64,000 nt of DNA from a virus. This document shows, one piece after another, positions 19,127 to 28,633 of the stretch (position 1 is the first letter of the stretch; every line of letters starts with the position of its first letter). The position numbers and the translations under genes are program-made. Where the stretch lies: IMG/VR virus record IMGVR_UViG_3300049137_000157, positions 1-64,000 of that record. One strand, written 5' to 3'. The notes beneath the pieces are model-generated. The model was not told the origin of the DNA, searched no databases, and was given only the letters and a program-made list of their open reading frames with translations.

Positions 19127-19423
19127 GTGTCTCGAAAGAAAGTGAGTGAAAGACTCCTGGGGCGAATCCGTTCCGAACTCGACCTGGACATCCCGGAGGG
19201 CTCGCGCCTGATCTCTCTACGGAGTTCCGGATCTCAGAGGAACGAAGGGGCCTGGAGCTGGGCGGCCTTCGGCCCGAACATGGAGGACCTTCACTTCGGT
19301 TCCCGGGAAACCATGGCCGAGCTGGTCCGAGCCGAAGCGCTCTACAAGATCGACGAGAGTCATCCGTATATGCGGTACGCCGCCAAGGACTGGTGCATCG
19401 CCTCCGATCCCGGCGGCAACTGA
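19127..19423 (+). CDS. hypothetical protein
   Basis: RBS aaagggg. Confidence 0.6.
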   Translation: MSRKKVSERLLGRIRSELDLDIPEGSRLISLRSSGSQRNEGAWSWAAFGPNMEDLHFGSRETMAELVRAEALYKIDESHPYMRYAAKDWCIASDPGGN

Positions 19424-19451
19424 ACCCAACGGACTGGAAAAGGAGAAGAGA

Positions 19452-19649
19452 ATGCCCGACACGAACATCGACGACTTCCCCTTCTGCCCCAAGGTGGGCT
19501 GGGGTGGCTACGACGCCGAACCGGTCGTCTGCGGCAACGAGCGTGACCCGGACAAGACGTTCTGCGACACTCACGAACGGCAGGAGACCCAGCAGGCTGC
19601 CTGGGAGGCCGAGGTTGGCCTGGACGTCAACCCGGTCGAAGCCCGGTGA
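19452..19649 (+). CDS. hypothetical protein
   Basis: RBS aggag. Confidence 0.6.
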   Translation: MPDTNIDDFPFCPKVGWGGYDAEPVVCGNERDPDKTFCDTHERQETQQAAWEAEVGLDVNPVEAR

Positions 19650-19864
19650 ACATCCGCATCGAACTGGACGCAGGCGCGGTCGAGGTGCGCTGGACCAACG
19701 AGGAGCCGGACGGTGAGTTCGTCTTCGCCACCCTGACGGAAGCGAAAGAGCGGGCCGTACGAGGGGCCGTATCGGAACGTGAGGCATGGGCGACCTGTGT
19801 GCGGCAAGCGCGAGGGCTGACCCGAGCCGACATCGCGCCACCCTGGCCCGGACAAGGAGGATGA
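19646..19864 (+). CDS. hypothetical protein
   Basis: GTGA overlap. Confidence 0.6.
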   Translation: MNIRIELDAGAVEVRWTNEEPDGEFVFATLTEAKERAVRGAVSEREAWATCVRQARGLTRADIAPPWPGQGG

Positions 19865-19865
19865 C

Positions 19866-20144
19866 ATGACAGCAGGCATGGACATCAAGGTGGACATGGT
19901 CACCCGCACGAAGGGGTTCATCTTCATGGGCTCCCGACAGGGAATCGTGCTGAACGACGCCAAGCGTGAAGGCGGCCAGCCGGGTGACGGATGGTCCGTC
20001 GAGGACGAAGACGGCCGGGTCGTCGCCAGCGGGATCCGGGGCATGCGAACCGCCGTCAAGGCGTTCGCCCGGCACCACGGTCACAAGGGACCGCTCAGCA
20101 TCGAGGTCGACGAGGAGTGGCGTCTCACCGGCCAGAAGGACTGA
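19866..20144 (+). CDS. hypothetical protein
   Basis: RBS aggagg. Confidence 0.6.
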   Translation: MTAGMDIKVDMVTRTKGFIFMGSRQGIVLNDAKREGGQPGDGWSVEDEDGRVVASGIRGMRTAVKAFARHHGHKGPLSIEVDEEWRLTGQKD

Positions 20145-20161
20145 TCGAAAGAGAGGAAGAG

Positions 20162-20368
20162 ATGGGCAAGGGGAAGGAACGCGTTCCGCACGACGCCGTC
20201 GAGGCGCGTAAGGCGGTCCTGGATGCACTCCAGGAGGGCCGCTCGCTGTCTGCCGACGAGAGGCTCGCTCTGGTCGACCGGATGGCACAGAGGTACCGGC
20301 AGGCGGGCTACAGCGACGGTTACGACGCGGGTTTCGCGGACGGCGTCGACAGCACCTACGACTACTGA
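20162..20368 (+). CDS. hypothetical protein
   Basis: RBS gagg. Confidence 0.55.
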   Translation: MGKGKERVPHDAVEARKAVLDALQEGRSLSADERLALVDRMAQRYRQAGYSDGYDAGFADGVDSTYDY

Positions 20369-20396
20369 ACTGATCAAGCATCTCGGAGAGGAAAAC

Positions 20397-20582
20397 ATGA
20401 GCAACCTGGAGAAGTACATCGTCCGGCCCAGTCGAGTCCCGACGGCCGACGGAACCCAGATCTACGAGCTGATCCGGCTCGGGGGGAACATCGACTCCGT
20501 CGTCGCCCCGTACACCGACAGGGCTGTGGCCGAGAACCTGGCCCGCGAACTGAACGCGGCCGTCGAGTACGAAGCCTACTGA
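20397..20582 (+). CDS. hypothetical protein
   Basis: RBS gagg. Confidence 0.55.
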   Translation: MSNLEKYIVRPSRVPTADGTQIYELIRLGGNIDSVVAPYTDRAVAENLARELNAAVEYEAY

Positions 20583-20720
20583 TCCCAGAGACACCATCGG
20601 ACCCCCGCTCGCCGTTGCGGGGGCCCGATGTGTTGCGGGAGCGCCAGCTCTCACAGCCAACCTCACACTCCTCCGGGGGTATTTCTTCGCGAACCAAGGA
20701 GGTGGGGCTCTTCCGTAAGC

Positions 20721-20984
20721 CTAGCTAATTTCGACTTCTTCCGAGGTAATTTCTGAACCCACGGAAGAGAAGGTCAGGATGTCCCCGGGCTGGCACTCCA
20801 GGACGGCACAGATGGCACCGAGCGTGCTGAAGCGAACTGCCAGGGCCCGGTCGTTCTTGAGGGCCGAGAGGTTGGCGGACGTGATGCCCACCTTGTCGGC
20901 CAGTTCCTGTACACCGATCCCACGCTCTCTCATGACGGCGTCGAGCGTGACGCGGATGCCGTGATCCTTAGGGGCGGGAGACAT
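20721..20984 (-). CDS. XRE/Cro-C1 HTH regulator (YozG-like)
   Basis: IRVTLDAVMRERG...ELADKVGIT.ANLSALKNDRALAVRFSTL.AIC.VLECQPGDIL. Confidence 0.85.
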   Translation of the reverse strand: MSPAPKDHGIRVTLDAVMRERGIGVQELADKVGITSANLSALKNDRALAVRFSTLGAICAVLECQPGDILTFSSVGSEITSEEVEIS

Positions 20985-21583
20985 CAGACGAGACCCTTCA
21001 GCTCACCCTCGGCCGCATCTGCCCGGTTCCGCTCCCGCTGCTTGGCGCTAACGGTCGTGGAGTACAGGATCACCGCGATCACGATGAACCAGATGAGGCT
21101 GGGAGTCGCGTTGTCGACAGCCCTGACCTTCTCCCCCATCTCCTGGAAGTACCACTCCGTGAGCCAGATCGAGGACACCTGGGCGATCGTCAGGAGTGAC
21201 ACGACTCCCCCCGTCAGGGCGATCAGAAGGATGGGGATGGGCTGATTCCGGCGCTCCTTCCACCCCGTCCAGAAGATCATTCCGGCTGCCGCCAGAAGCG
21301 CGATGGCCGTCAGGATGGGCGATAGGCCGACCACCAGGTAATCCAGGAAGCCCGGATTGGCCAGCTCTACCTGAACAGCCGTCACGGGGGATCCGTCGAC
21401 CGATCCCATCCCCGACGACTCGACCGCGAGGGTTGGTTCACTGACGCCAAGCACGGTCAGAGCGATTGCGGTGGTCGACAGGATCGCCGACATGAAGGTC
21501 AGCATCAAGAAGTTCATGAACTCCTCGTCCTGGATCGCCTTCGGCCTCTGCTCCGGAGCCTCGGCTGCATGCACGTCACCCAC
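20984..21583 (-). CDS. DUF2975-like membrane protein
   Basis: Four hydrophobic segments; C-term AEGELKGLV; coupled to YozG-like HTH as in common bacterial pairs. Confidence 0.6.
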   Translation of the reverse strand: MGDVHAAEAPEQRPKAIQDEEFMNFLMLTFMSAILSTTAIALTVLGVSEPTLAVESSGMGSVDGSPVTAVQVELANPGFLDYLVVGLSPILTAIALLAAAGMIFWTGWKERRNQPIPILLIALTGGVVSLLTIAQVSSIWLTEWYFQEMGEKVRAVDNATPSLIWFIVIAVILYSTTVSAKQRERNRADAAEGELKGLV

Positions 21584-21654
21584 GAGTCTTCTCCTATCGT
21601 TTGTCGATAGGCTCGACGGTACACATCGTTTATCAATGTGCGCAAGTCTGCCGG

Positions 21655-22437
21655 TCAGACCTTGCGCCAACCCGGAATCCAGGCCCCGTCCTCCACGACG
21701 TAATCCCCGAACAGGGCCGGTGCCTCCTGGGTCATCAGCTCGCCGATCTCACCGAACAGAATCCGGATCTCTTCCTCGGCCCCGGGCGCGGTCCGGCACT
21801 CGATGACGTGCCGCAAGGTGCGAACATTGGCCGTCCACACCATCCCCGTGGCCACACCTTCCGGAGCGAACCTCCTCATGAACGAGGTCTTCGTCTTCTT
21901 CTCGTGGAAGGGAACCCCTTCCTCGTCGAGGCCGAAGCGGGTCGCCATCCAGCTCTGGAACTCCTCCATCTCCGCCAGGATCTTGAGCGCCCGCTTCATC
22001 AGTTCGGGATCCTCCCGTGCCCAGCCGGGGACCCAGAAGGGGAGATCGTCGAGGCGGACGAAGCGGAGAGACTCCTGAGACATGGCCGTCCCGACTCGAT
22101 GGCGGACCGTCTCATGTGTGAACACGCGGCTCACGTTGTGCAGGATGAAGGTGAAGTGTGCGTGCTCCAGGACGGAGCCGTGGGCGCTGGCCAGGATGTT
22201 CTCCAGGTACTCACCCTGGTCGGTGCGCACTCGCGTCACGTTGGGGTTGAGGCCGGGTTCCCAGGACCGGTAGCAGCAGCGTCCGCCGAACTCGATCAGG
22301 TTCTGGGCACTGGGTCCCTCCTTGTCGATTCGCTCCAGCCAGCCCTCCCCTCCGACTTCCTGGAGGTAGGCGGCTATCTCGTCGTAGTCGAGAGCGGGCC
22401 GAGAGATGATCCGTGCGCTGGGTTCGACGAGCTGCAA
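21655..22437 (-). CDS. thyX: FAD-dependent thymidylate synthase
   Basis: FGGRCCY.SW, HGSVLEHAHFTF, SRVFTHETVRHR...SQESLRFV, N.RTLRH.I..R. Confidence 0.92.
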   Translation of the reverse strand: MQLVEPSARIISRPALDYDEIAAYLQEVGGEGWLERIDKEGPSAQNLIEFGGRCCYRSWEPGLNPNVTRVRTDQGEYLENILASAHGSVLEHAHFTFILHNVSRVFTHETVRHRVGTAMSQESLRFVRLDDLPFWVPGWAREDPELMKRALKILAEMEEFQSWMATRFGLDEEGVPFHEKKTKTSFMRRFAPEGVATGMVWTANVRTLRHVIECRTAPGAEEEIRILFGEIGELMTQEAPALFGDYVVEDGAWIPGWRKV

Positions 22438-22585
22438 GGTAACTCCTGTGCGTCTTCGGGCGAATCAGACGAAACATTAGTCGAAAGGATCACCAGCAGG
22501 GGCACGAACGGGTATCGCGACCGAGCGTTCACGCGGTACTCTTGAGACCGGTAGCTGCGAAGTTATCGCGGAAAGGAGCAAGGAA

Positions 22586-22834
22586 ATGGCGTACAAGTAC
22601 CGAGATCCCAACTGCGAGTGCCAGGTCACCTTCCCGGAAGCCCGCCGCATCTGGTGCGATTCCTGCTCGGCGGACGGTCCGTTGCCGGGCAGTCTCGCCG
22701 ATCCCGACTGGGAGGCGAAGAGCGAGGATCCGAAGGTTCTACGCGAGGCAGCCCGGCGAATCGAAGACGACTTCCCGGAGAAGGCCAGAGATTTGCGGGG
22801 CATGGCCGAGATCTTCGAAGAGGGGAACGCCTGA
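22586..22834 (+). CDS. hypothetical protein
   Basis: RBS aagg. Confidence 0.55.
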   Translation: MAYKYRDPNCECQVTFPEARRIWCDSCSADGPLPGSLADPDWEAKSEDPKVLREAARRIEDDFPEKARDLRGMAEIFEEGNA

Positions 22835-23124
22835 TGCCCGCCCGGTACGTCGAGGAGCACTGCACGATCCACTGGACCGGCGTGGACGACGACACCCCCG
22901 AAGGGTGCGTGACGGCAATCGGCACCGACGCCTTCAACGTCGTCTGGCTCTGGCTCTTCCGAGGGGACACACCCACGGAGAAGTCCTTCCTCGGATCCAT
23001 CAGCATCCCGGAGCCCTGGTCCGGCAGGCAGGCGATGGCCTACAACCAGGGCGGCGGCTTCGCCTTCGTGTCGACCGACACCCGGGAATCGCTGGAGAAG
23101 CTCACGAACCTTGCCACCTCCTGA
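22834..23124 (+). CDS. hypothetical protein
   Basis: TGATG coupling. Confidence 0.55.
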   Translation: MPARYVEEHCTIHWTGVDDDTPEGCVTAIGTDAFNVVWLWLFRGDTPTEKSFLGSISIPEPWSGRQAMAYNQGGGFAFVSTDTRESLEKLTNLATS

Positions 23125-23155
23125 CCACCCATCCCACCCCATAAGGAACGCCCAC

Positions 23156-23440
23156 ATGGCCGACTACCGCATGATTTTGCATGTGTACGACGAGAGCCAC
23201 CCTTTGGTGCTCGCCGTCCAGAACCACTTCCTCGACGCCACCTCCGAGGCCGATGTCTCCTTCGACATCGTCAGCACCACCCACCGGTCCGATCTCGACT
23301 GGGGGATGGTCGAACGCGCCCGCGAGAAGGCGCGCGAGATGATGGCCGGTTTGATGCCGGGCAACCTGGGCCGGGAGGTGGCTGACGAGATCGCCGACAA
23401 GATCCTTTACGCCGCCTTCGAAGTCGAGGAACCCTCCTGA
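23156..23440 (+). CDS. hypothetical protein
   Basis: RBS aagga. Confidence 0.55.
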   Translation: MADYRMILHVYDESHPLVLAVQNHFLDATSEADVSFDIVSTTHRSDLDWGMVERAREKAREMMAGLMPGNLGREVADEIADKILYAAFEVEEPS

Positions 23441-23862
23441 TGGCCCGCCTGCCGGAGCCCGTGTACCTGCCCATGCCGGACGGCTACGCGGCCCGTGTCG
23501 CCCAACTGGAGGCCGAGGGGTACGACACCGCCCGAGCCCACTGGATGGCCGCCTGCGAGGCGTCTGGAGCCGTCGCCCGCCGGGAGTATCACCACCGGCA
23601 TCTCTTCTGGTTCGGGGACGCACCGGAGAGCACGCGAGCCCTGTGGGACGAGATCGCAGATCACGAGGGCGCTCGACATGAGTTTCATCAGGCGAAGGAC
23701 ACTCTCGTCGGATACCTGGCATACCGCCGCCAGACGGCACGCGCCAGTCGAGACACACTTCTCGCGCAGCGCCGGAAGGCCCGCGAGTTCATCAAAGCGA
23801 ACGGCCTCTGGGAAGCGTGGGTGCAGGAGAACCGCAAGGGGCTCGACGGCACTGAGAGGTGA
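23440..23862 (+). CDS. hypothetical protein
   Basis: TGATG coupling. Confidence 0.6.
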   Translation: MARLPEPVYLPMPDGYAARVAQLEAEGYDTARAHWMAACEASGAVARREYHHRHLFWFGDAPESTRALWDEIADHEGARHEFHQAKDTLVGYLAYRRQTARASRDTLLAQRRKAREFIKANGLWEAWVQENRKGLDGTER

Positions 23863-24009
23863 GACGCTCGAAGCGTTCAAGCAGTTACTTCTCAACTTCG
23901 TTTCAAAATCGGTAGTTTCATCAAGCAGTTTGTTGGGGTCTAGCGCCGCAGACACCCTTCAGGGTTATGCTGCAAACGGCCCTGACGGAAAACAAAAGGG
24001 AGGGTGACC

Positions 24010-24321
24010 ATGGCCGTTCTCACGGCTCGTCTGACCATCGCGGAGCGGAACGCGCTTCGCGCCGTGCGCGACAAGTGCGTGTACCGACAGGGTTTCGACG
24101 CTACCGGCCGGACCCGTTTCCAGTTCTTCCTGCCGGAGGTGAACCGACGCTGCGGCAGCGTTCCGATGTGGGTGTCGGTGGCCTCCCGGTCCGTGAACGC
24201 GCTCCACAGGAAGGGCCTCGTTCAGTTCGGCGAGCAGCGGGTCGGCGTCAGCGAGGAGTGCGACTGGCAGCAGGAGGTCCTGCTGACCGACGAGGGGATA
24301 GAGGCTCTCGGCGAAAGCTAG
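24010..24321 (+). CDS. hypothetical protein (possible wHTH)
   Basis: RBS gggagg. Confidence 0.6.
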   Translation: MAVLTARLTIAERNALRAVRDKCVYRQGFDATGRTRFQFFLPEVNRRCGSVPMWVSVASRSVNALHRKGLVQFGEQRVGVSEECDWQQEVLLTDEGIEALGES

Positions 24322-24364
24322 GGTGCCTCTCGGGGCTCGCAGAGGAAACGGAAAGGAGAAGCAC

Positions 24365-24955
24365 ATGACGCGCCAGACGTCGGAGCCGCTGGAGCACCTC
24401 AGCATCCAGCCGACCGGTCGCCGAACGCAGGAACTGTCCCGGACCTATCGGGAGGACTACAGGATCCTCCTGGACACCCCCTACCAGCGGGGGAGCGTCT
24501 GGACCGAGGACCAGAGGATCTCGTTGATCTTCTCCCTCATGAAGGGGATCTTCACCGGGACGATCATCTTCAACGACCGGTCGAACCCTGACTGGGTCCG
24601 GAAGTACGGCCACCCGCACGACAAGGACGAGCATCTTCTGGCTGTGATCGACGGACGGCAGCGCCTGGAGACGATCTTCGCCTGGTACGACGGAGAGCTG
24701 GCCGTCCCGTCGACCTGGTTTCCTGCCGACGAGGTGGAGACCACGGTCGACACGGACGACGGGCCGTACGTCACCCACCTGGGGCTCACTCGCGTGGGAA
24801 AGGCCCGGTTCAACAGCAACGCCATGCAGGCGATCAGCGAGCAACAGCTCCCGACGCTGGAGAAGGAGGCTGAGATCTTCCTCCTGGTGAACGGCGGGGG
24901 CACGCCTCAGACGGACGCCGACATGGCGAAGGCGGCCCGGGTCGCCGGGAAGTAA
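24365..24955 (+). CDS. DUF262 (GmrSD N-terminal / ParB-like NTPase fold) single-domain protein
   Basis: PYQRGSVWT..QR..LI.SL..G...GTIIF...VIDGRQRL.TI..W. Confidence 0.8.
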   Translation: MTRQTSEPLEHLSIQPTGRRTQELSRTYREDYRILLDTPYQRGSVWTEDQRISLIFSLMKGIFTGTIIFNDRSNPDWVRKYGHPHDKDEHLLAVIDGRQRLETIFAWYDGELAVPSTWFPADEVETTVDTDDGPYVTHLGLTRVGKARFNSNAMQAISEQQLPTLEKEAEIFLLVNGGGTPQTDADMAKAARVAGK

Positions 24956-25138
24956 TCCGGCCAGGAAAACGATTCCACGAAGTGCAGAAAGCCCGGAGGT
25001 TCTGGGAGGACCTCCGGGCTTTACCCTGCGCGCCACGTCGATACCGGAGTACGGCGTGCTGCGATTCCCGCATTGGCAGGATACACACTTTTGAGCCAGT
25101 TGGTTTCATCGTGAACCAATGAAACGTTTACCTGTCCG

Positions 25139-25471
25139 TTATGAGGAGGCTTTGCCCTTCTCGGCCTCGTCCTCTTCGTCGCTCTTCTTCTTCCACGGCG
25201 GCTGCCAGGAGCCTCCGTCGGACGAGGAGGCGGCCTCCCGGAGGCTGGACGGCACGGCCTGCCGGGGGCGGATTGCAGGATCCATCGGGCTCTCCACGTA
25301 CCGCCAGGCAGCCTCTCGGTCCTCGCCGTCGACGCGGTGTCCTGTCGCCTCCCCGCCCGGAGAAGCGATCTCGAACAGCTTTCCTGGGCGGCGGTCCGCC
25401 CCGGACGCGCTTGGACGCGACTCCCGGACGATGCCTGTCTTCAGACTGTGAGCGTCGTACCCGTTGGTCAT
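25139..25471 (-). CDS. hypothetical protein
   Basis: RBS ggag. Confidence 0.45.
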   Translation of the reverse strand: MTNGYDAHSLKTGIVRESRPSASGADRRPGKLFEIASPGGEATGHRVDGEDREAAWRYVESPMDPAIRPRQAVPSSLREAASSSDGGSWQPPWKKKSDEEDEAEKGKASS

Positions 25472-25541
25472 ATCTTCTCCGCCCTGAGCAGTGATTTTCC
25501 CTGCCAGGTTAGTGCCCTTTCCCGCCCTCGTCAGAGGCACG

Positions 25542-25580
25542 AAAAAAGCCCGACCTGGGTGGCAACAGGTCGGGCTTTTT
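25542..25580. terminator. bidirectional intrinsic terminator
   Basis: AAAAAAgcccgacctg/caggtcgggcTTTTT. Confidence 0.7.
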
Positions 25581-25668
25581 CGGGGGATGAGGCGCTCGGA
25601 GCCTCGTGCCTTCTTCGTGCGAAGACCTTACCCCACTACGGTGAAATTGTCAGGACCTCTGGTGGGTT

Positions 25669-25791
25669 TCAACGGGAACCCCGCCCAGCCCTCCAGTCCC
25701 GGATGCTCTTCCCCGCGTTGCTCTTGACCTGGTCCCGGGTCTCCTTGCCCTGGAGCTGGTTCCAGTTCTTCTTGTCCTTGTCGTCGGCCAT
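25669..25791 (-). CDS. small basic hypothetical protein (40 aa)
   Basis: ggaaaggagg RBS; preceded by TAAACT and GGCCTAGGAC site. Confidence 0.5.
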   Translation of the reverse strand: MADDKDKKNWNQLQGKETRDQVKSNAGKSIRDWRAGRGSR

Positions 25792-25811
25792 TGCCGACCT
25801 CCTTTCCGAGT

Positions 25812-25821
25812 GTCCTAGGCC
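25812..25821. promoter_or_regulatory. GGCCTAGGAC site (1 mismatch, read on minus)
   Basis: Directly after TAAACT on minus strand. Confidence 0.6.
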
Positions 25822-25940
25822 AGTTTACCAAGTCTCAACTCCCTTTGCCAGCAAGCGTGTTGGGGGTGTTTGCCTTGTCGGCCGGTAGACTGGTTACGAT
25901 GATCTCCCCTGTGCGGGGATGAAATGGAAAGGAGAAGCGC

Positions 25941-26639
25941 ATGGATAAGAAGCGCTGGGAGGGCGTCGCGCCGTCCCCCGCAATCGTGGGGTCTCTCGAC
26001 GAAGAAGAAGCCAAGGTTCTCGCCCTGCTCGCCTGGTCAGTCGCAGTGCATCAGCCCGTCACGTCCACCGACCTCGCCAACATCAAGGACCGGAACGGGG
26101 AACCCATTGGCATCGACGACGCTCGCAGCATCGTCGCCGACCTGATGGAAATGCGGCTCACTTCGGTGCTCGGCATGCGGAACGAAAACCCGCTGTCGAT
26201 CTTCCTGGGAGGGTTCCGCCCCAAGCCCGGCAGTCCGACCTTCTCTCGGCCGGAGACTCGACGCAGCCCCGTACGCTCGCGCACCGCTCCTGCACCCCGT
26301 CCAGGCACTCCGGCGAAGGCGGCACCGGCCAACTTCAAGGCCGTGCGAATCGACAAGGGCCTGATGTCCACCCCGAACACTCCGGACTTCGTCGTGAAGG
26401 CCGCCGAGAAGCTGAAGACCGACTTCGTCAAGGTGCGCGATCCGGAGGCCGCCCTGAGCCGAGTACAGCGGGCCGAGGAACATCTCCGAATCATGGAAGC
26501 CCGGATCGCCTTGTACGAACACTGGCTGACCACCGAAGACCGGCCGGACATCAGAGACGCGATCGAGCAGAAGCGAGCCTCTCTGCCCACACTGAAGAAG
26601 CAACTGGAACAGGCCCGCGAGAAGAGCGTCACGAGCTGA
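25941..26639 (+). CDS. hypothetical protein (N-terminal wHTH-like, C-terminal coiled coil)
   Basis: RBS aaaggag; hairpin after stop. Confidence 0.65.
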   Translation: MDKKRWEGVAPSPAIVGSLDEEEAKVLALLAWSVAVHQPVTSTDLANIKDRNGEPIGIDDARSIVADLMEMRLTSVLGMRNENPLSIFLGGFRPKPGSPTFSRPETRRSPVRSRTAPAPRPGTPAKAAPANFKAVRIDKGLMSTPNTPDFVVKAAEKLKTDFVKVRDPEAALSRVQRAEEHLRIMEARIALYEHWLTTEDRPDIRDAIEQKRASLPTLKKQLEQAREKSVTS

Positions 26640-26923
26640 CGTGCGCTGAGCCGGACGATCCACCCTTGAAACAGCGAGTGCCCCGCATCCTCAGATGCGG
26701 GGCACTGTTGCCGGGAAACCGATTCGCGGTGTCAGACGCCTCTGGTGATATCGCTGCACACCGGGTACCGCTCGCGCGGGCCGGTGGGGAAGAGGGTGTC
26801 CACCCGTTCACCCTTGATCCTCCATGCGGGGGGTAGGCCGGTTTCCGATCCGATCCCGCCTGAAACTGTAGCGCAACTTGCAGATGTGGTACGGCTGTTG
26901 TCACCCGAACGGGTGACGGGACT

Positions 26924-27187
26924 TCAGAAGGGCGGGTCGGTGGATACCGGGGTCTCGCTCCACTCCTCCAGGCCACCCTCGGCCAGCAGCAGTTTGGCCA
27001 TCACCTTGGCGAAACGCTGTTCGAAGTTCTCCACGAGTTCGGTCTGCCCTTCGTGATACAGGACGTCCCGCTGTGCGTACAACACCGGAATCCCCATCAC
27101 GCGGAGCACGGCCTGAGCCCGCCCGTGCCGGTACTCATCGTCAACCTTGATCAGGTCGACGATCTCACTGACATCGATCGATGCCAT
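26924..27187 (-). CDS. hypothetical protein
   Basis: RBS aggag. Confidence 0.55.
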   Translation of the reverse strand: MASIDVSEIVDLIKVDDEYRHGRAQAVLRVMGIPVLYAQRDVLYHEGQTELVENFEQRFAKVMAKLLLAEGGLEEWSETPVSTDPPF

Positions 27188-27189
27188 CT

Positions 27190-27414
27190 TCAGCCTTCTC
27201 CTTCCTGGCGCTCCCGCATCCCTTCCCTGACGGCCTGGAACTCGGGGTTCTCGTGCAGGGTCAGCAAGTACTCGTTGGCCCTGCGGATCTCGTCCTCGGT
27301 GAACTCGGACTGGATCATCTCCCACACCCGCTCCGGAGTCTCTCCGACGGCTTCCGCCACGAAGACCATGAAGCCCATGTGGTAGGCGACGTCCTCGGTG
27401 TTCCGTCCCGTCAT
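27190..27414 (-). CDS. hypothetical protein
   Basis: operonic. Confidence 0.55.
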   Translation of the reverse strand: MTGRNTEDVAYHMGFMVFVAEAVGETPERVWEMIQSEFTEDEIRRANEYLLTLHENPEFQAVREGMRERQEGEG

Positions 27415-27583
27415 CAGTGGCGGGGCTCCCCGAGGGCGTTGCGGACGTAGCGCGGGTCGGGCGGCGGGGTGGTGCCGTCCTCCCGGACGTAGCGCTCCTT
27501 GGCCGGGGGGTGGACCTCTCCGTCCTTGGTGTCGCTGTACGGCCTGTCCCAGCCGGACGAGTCGACGTAGTCGTGGTTTCGGC

Positions 27584-27826
27584 TCATGTCTTCTTCTCCC
27601 TTTTCCGTCTTCCGTGTTCTCGTTCTCCCCGGCCCGAGCTGGGCCGGGGAAGTCTCACCCTTGGTTGTCGAGCAGCCAGCAGGGACCGCCCGCGCAGTCT
27701 CCTGAGTCCTGGCAGGGAGGGCATTCGACGATGCGTTTCTCTTCCTGCCGATCCGTGGCTTCGGCGTCTATGCAGTCGACGGCTGGGCAGTTCTTGCGGC
27801 TGCCGGGGTGGATGATGCTCGACCAC
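27584..27826 (-). CDS. hypothetical protein
   Basis: ORF track; frame choice uncertain. Confidence 0.35.
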   Translation of the reverse strand: MVEHHPPRQPQELPSRRLHRRRSHGSAGRETHRRMPSLPGLRRLRGRSLLAARQPRVRLPRPSSGRGEREHGRRKREKKT

Positions 27827-27866
27827 CCCATGCCGTCCAGTCCCCAGTGGGTTTCCTGTTGTGCCC

Positions 27867-28274
27867 TCACGGGTTGCCCTGAGTCTTGTCCAGCAGTCGA
27901 CGCAGGGAGTCCAGGCTGTCCTGATCCCGGCTGGTCCAGCCGTCCTCGCTCCAGAGCTTCTCCTGCGCGGCGGCGAGGGCGACGGCGAACATATGCTGCT
28001 CGCCGTCGTCGAGGGCCGGTATCAGCTTCGGCTTCTCACCGACCGACCCCCAGAGAACATGACCCTGCTCAGGGTGACCTGTGGCCGAACCGCCCGAGTT
28101 GGCCATGTGCTTCTTCCAGAAGCTGATCCGGCCCCGGGCGGTACCCAGCTTGGGGTACGGACCCTCCATCTTGTCCCAGCTCTCACCTCGGGCGTTGGTG
28201 AAGGACAGGGCGGCGCGGTACACCGTGTCCCCGTCCTCCACTCCGATCTGGCGCGCCATCCGCAGTCCTTTCAT
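27867..28274 (-). CDS. hypothetical protein
   Basis: coding-like; operonic. Confidence 0.6.
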   Translation of the reverse strand: MKGLRMARQIGVEDGDTVYRAALSFTNARGESWDKMEGPYPKLGTARGRISFWKKHMANSGGSATGHPEQGHVLWGSVGEKPKLIPALDDGEQHMFAVALAAAQEKLWSEDGWTSRDQDSLDSLRRLLDKTQGNP

Positions 28275-28581
28275 GCTTTTCGTCGGTCGACGATGATGCT
28301 GAAGTCTCCGACTTCATTTTTTGCTTCAGACGGGATTTTTCTTCGGCCACGGTTTCCACCAGGAATCGGGCCATCGCATAAGCGAGATTCCATCGCATAC
28401 GCGGCGAAGCCTTGCGTATTTTCAAAGCCATCCGTTCTACAATCGCGGCGGCTTGCTTAAAGTCCCCAACTTCGAGCGAATGAACGGCTAGGCGAACGTC
28501 TCGATCAACCCCAATGACTATGCTTTTCAGCGGTACGACGTCCTGCCACACGTTCCATTCAGGGCGAGTCATAGGTAGCAC
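28183..28581 (-). CDS. hypothetical protein (lower GC)
   Basis: ORF track; overlaps next gene. Confidence 0.45.
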   Translation of the reverse strand: MLPMTRPEWNVWQDVVPLKSIVIGVDRDVRLAVHSLEVGDFKQAAAIVERMALKIRKASPRMRWNLAYAMARFLVETVAEEKSRLKQKMKSETSASSSTDEKHERTADGAPDRSGGRGHGVPRRPVLHQRPR

Positions 28582-28633
28582 ACCTTCAAGGTTGTTCCGT
28601 TTGCGTCTGAAGCGTTCCCCCGTATGAACTCAG

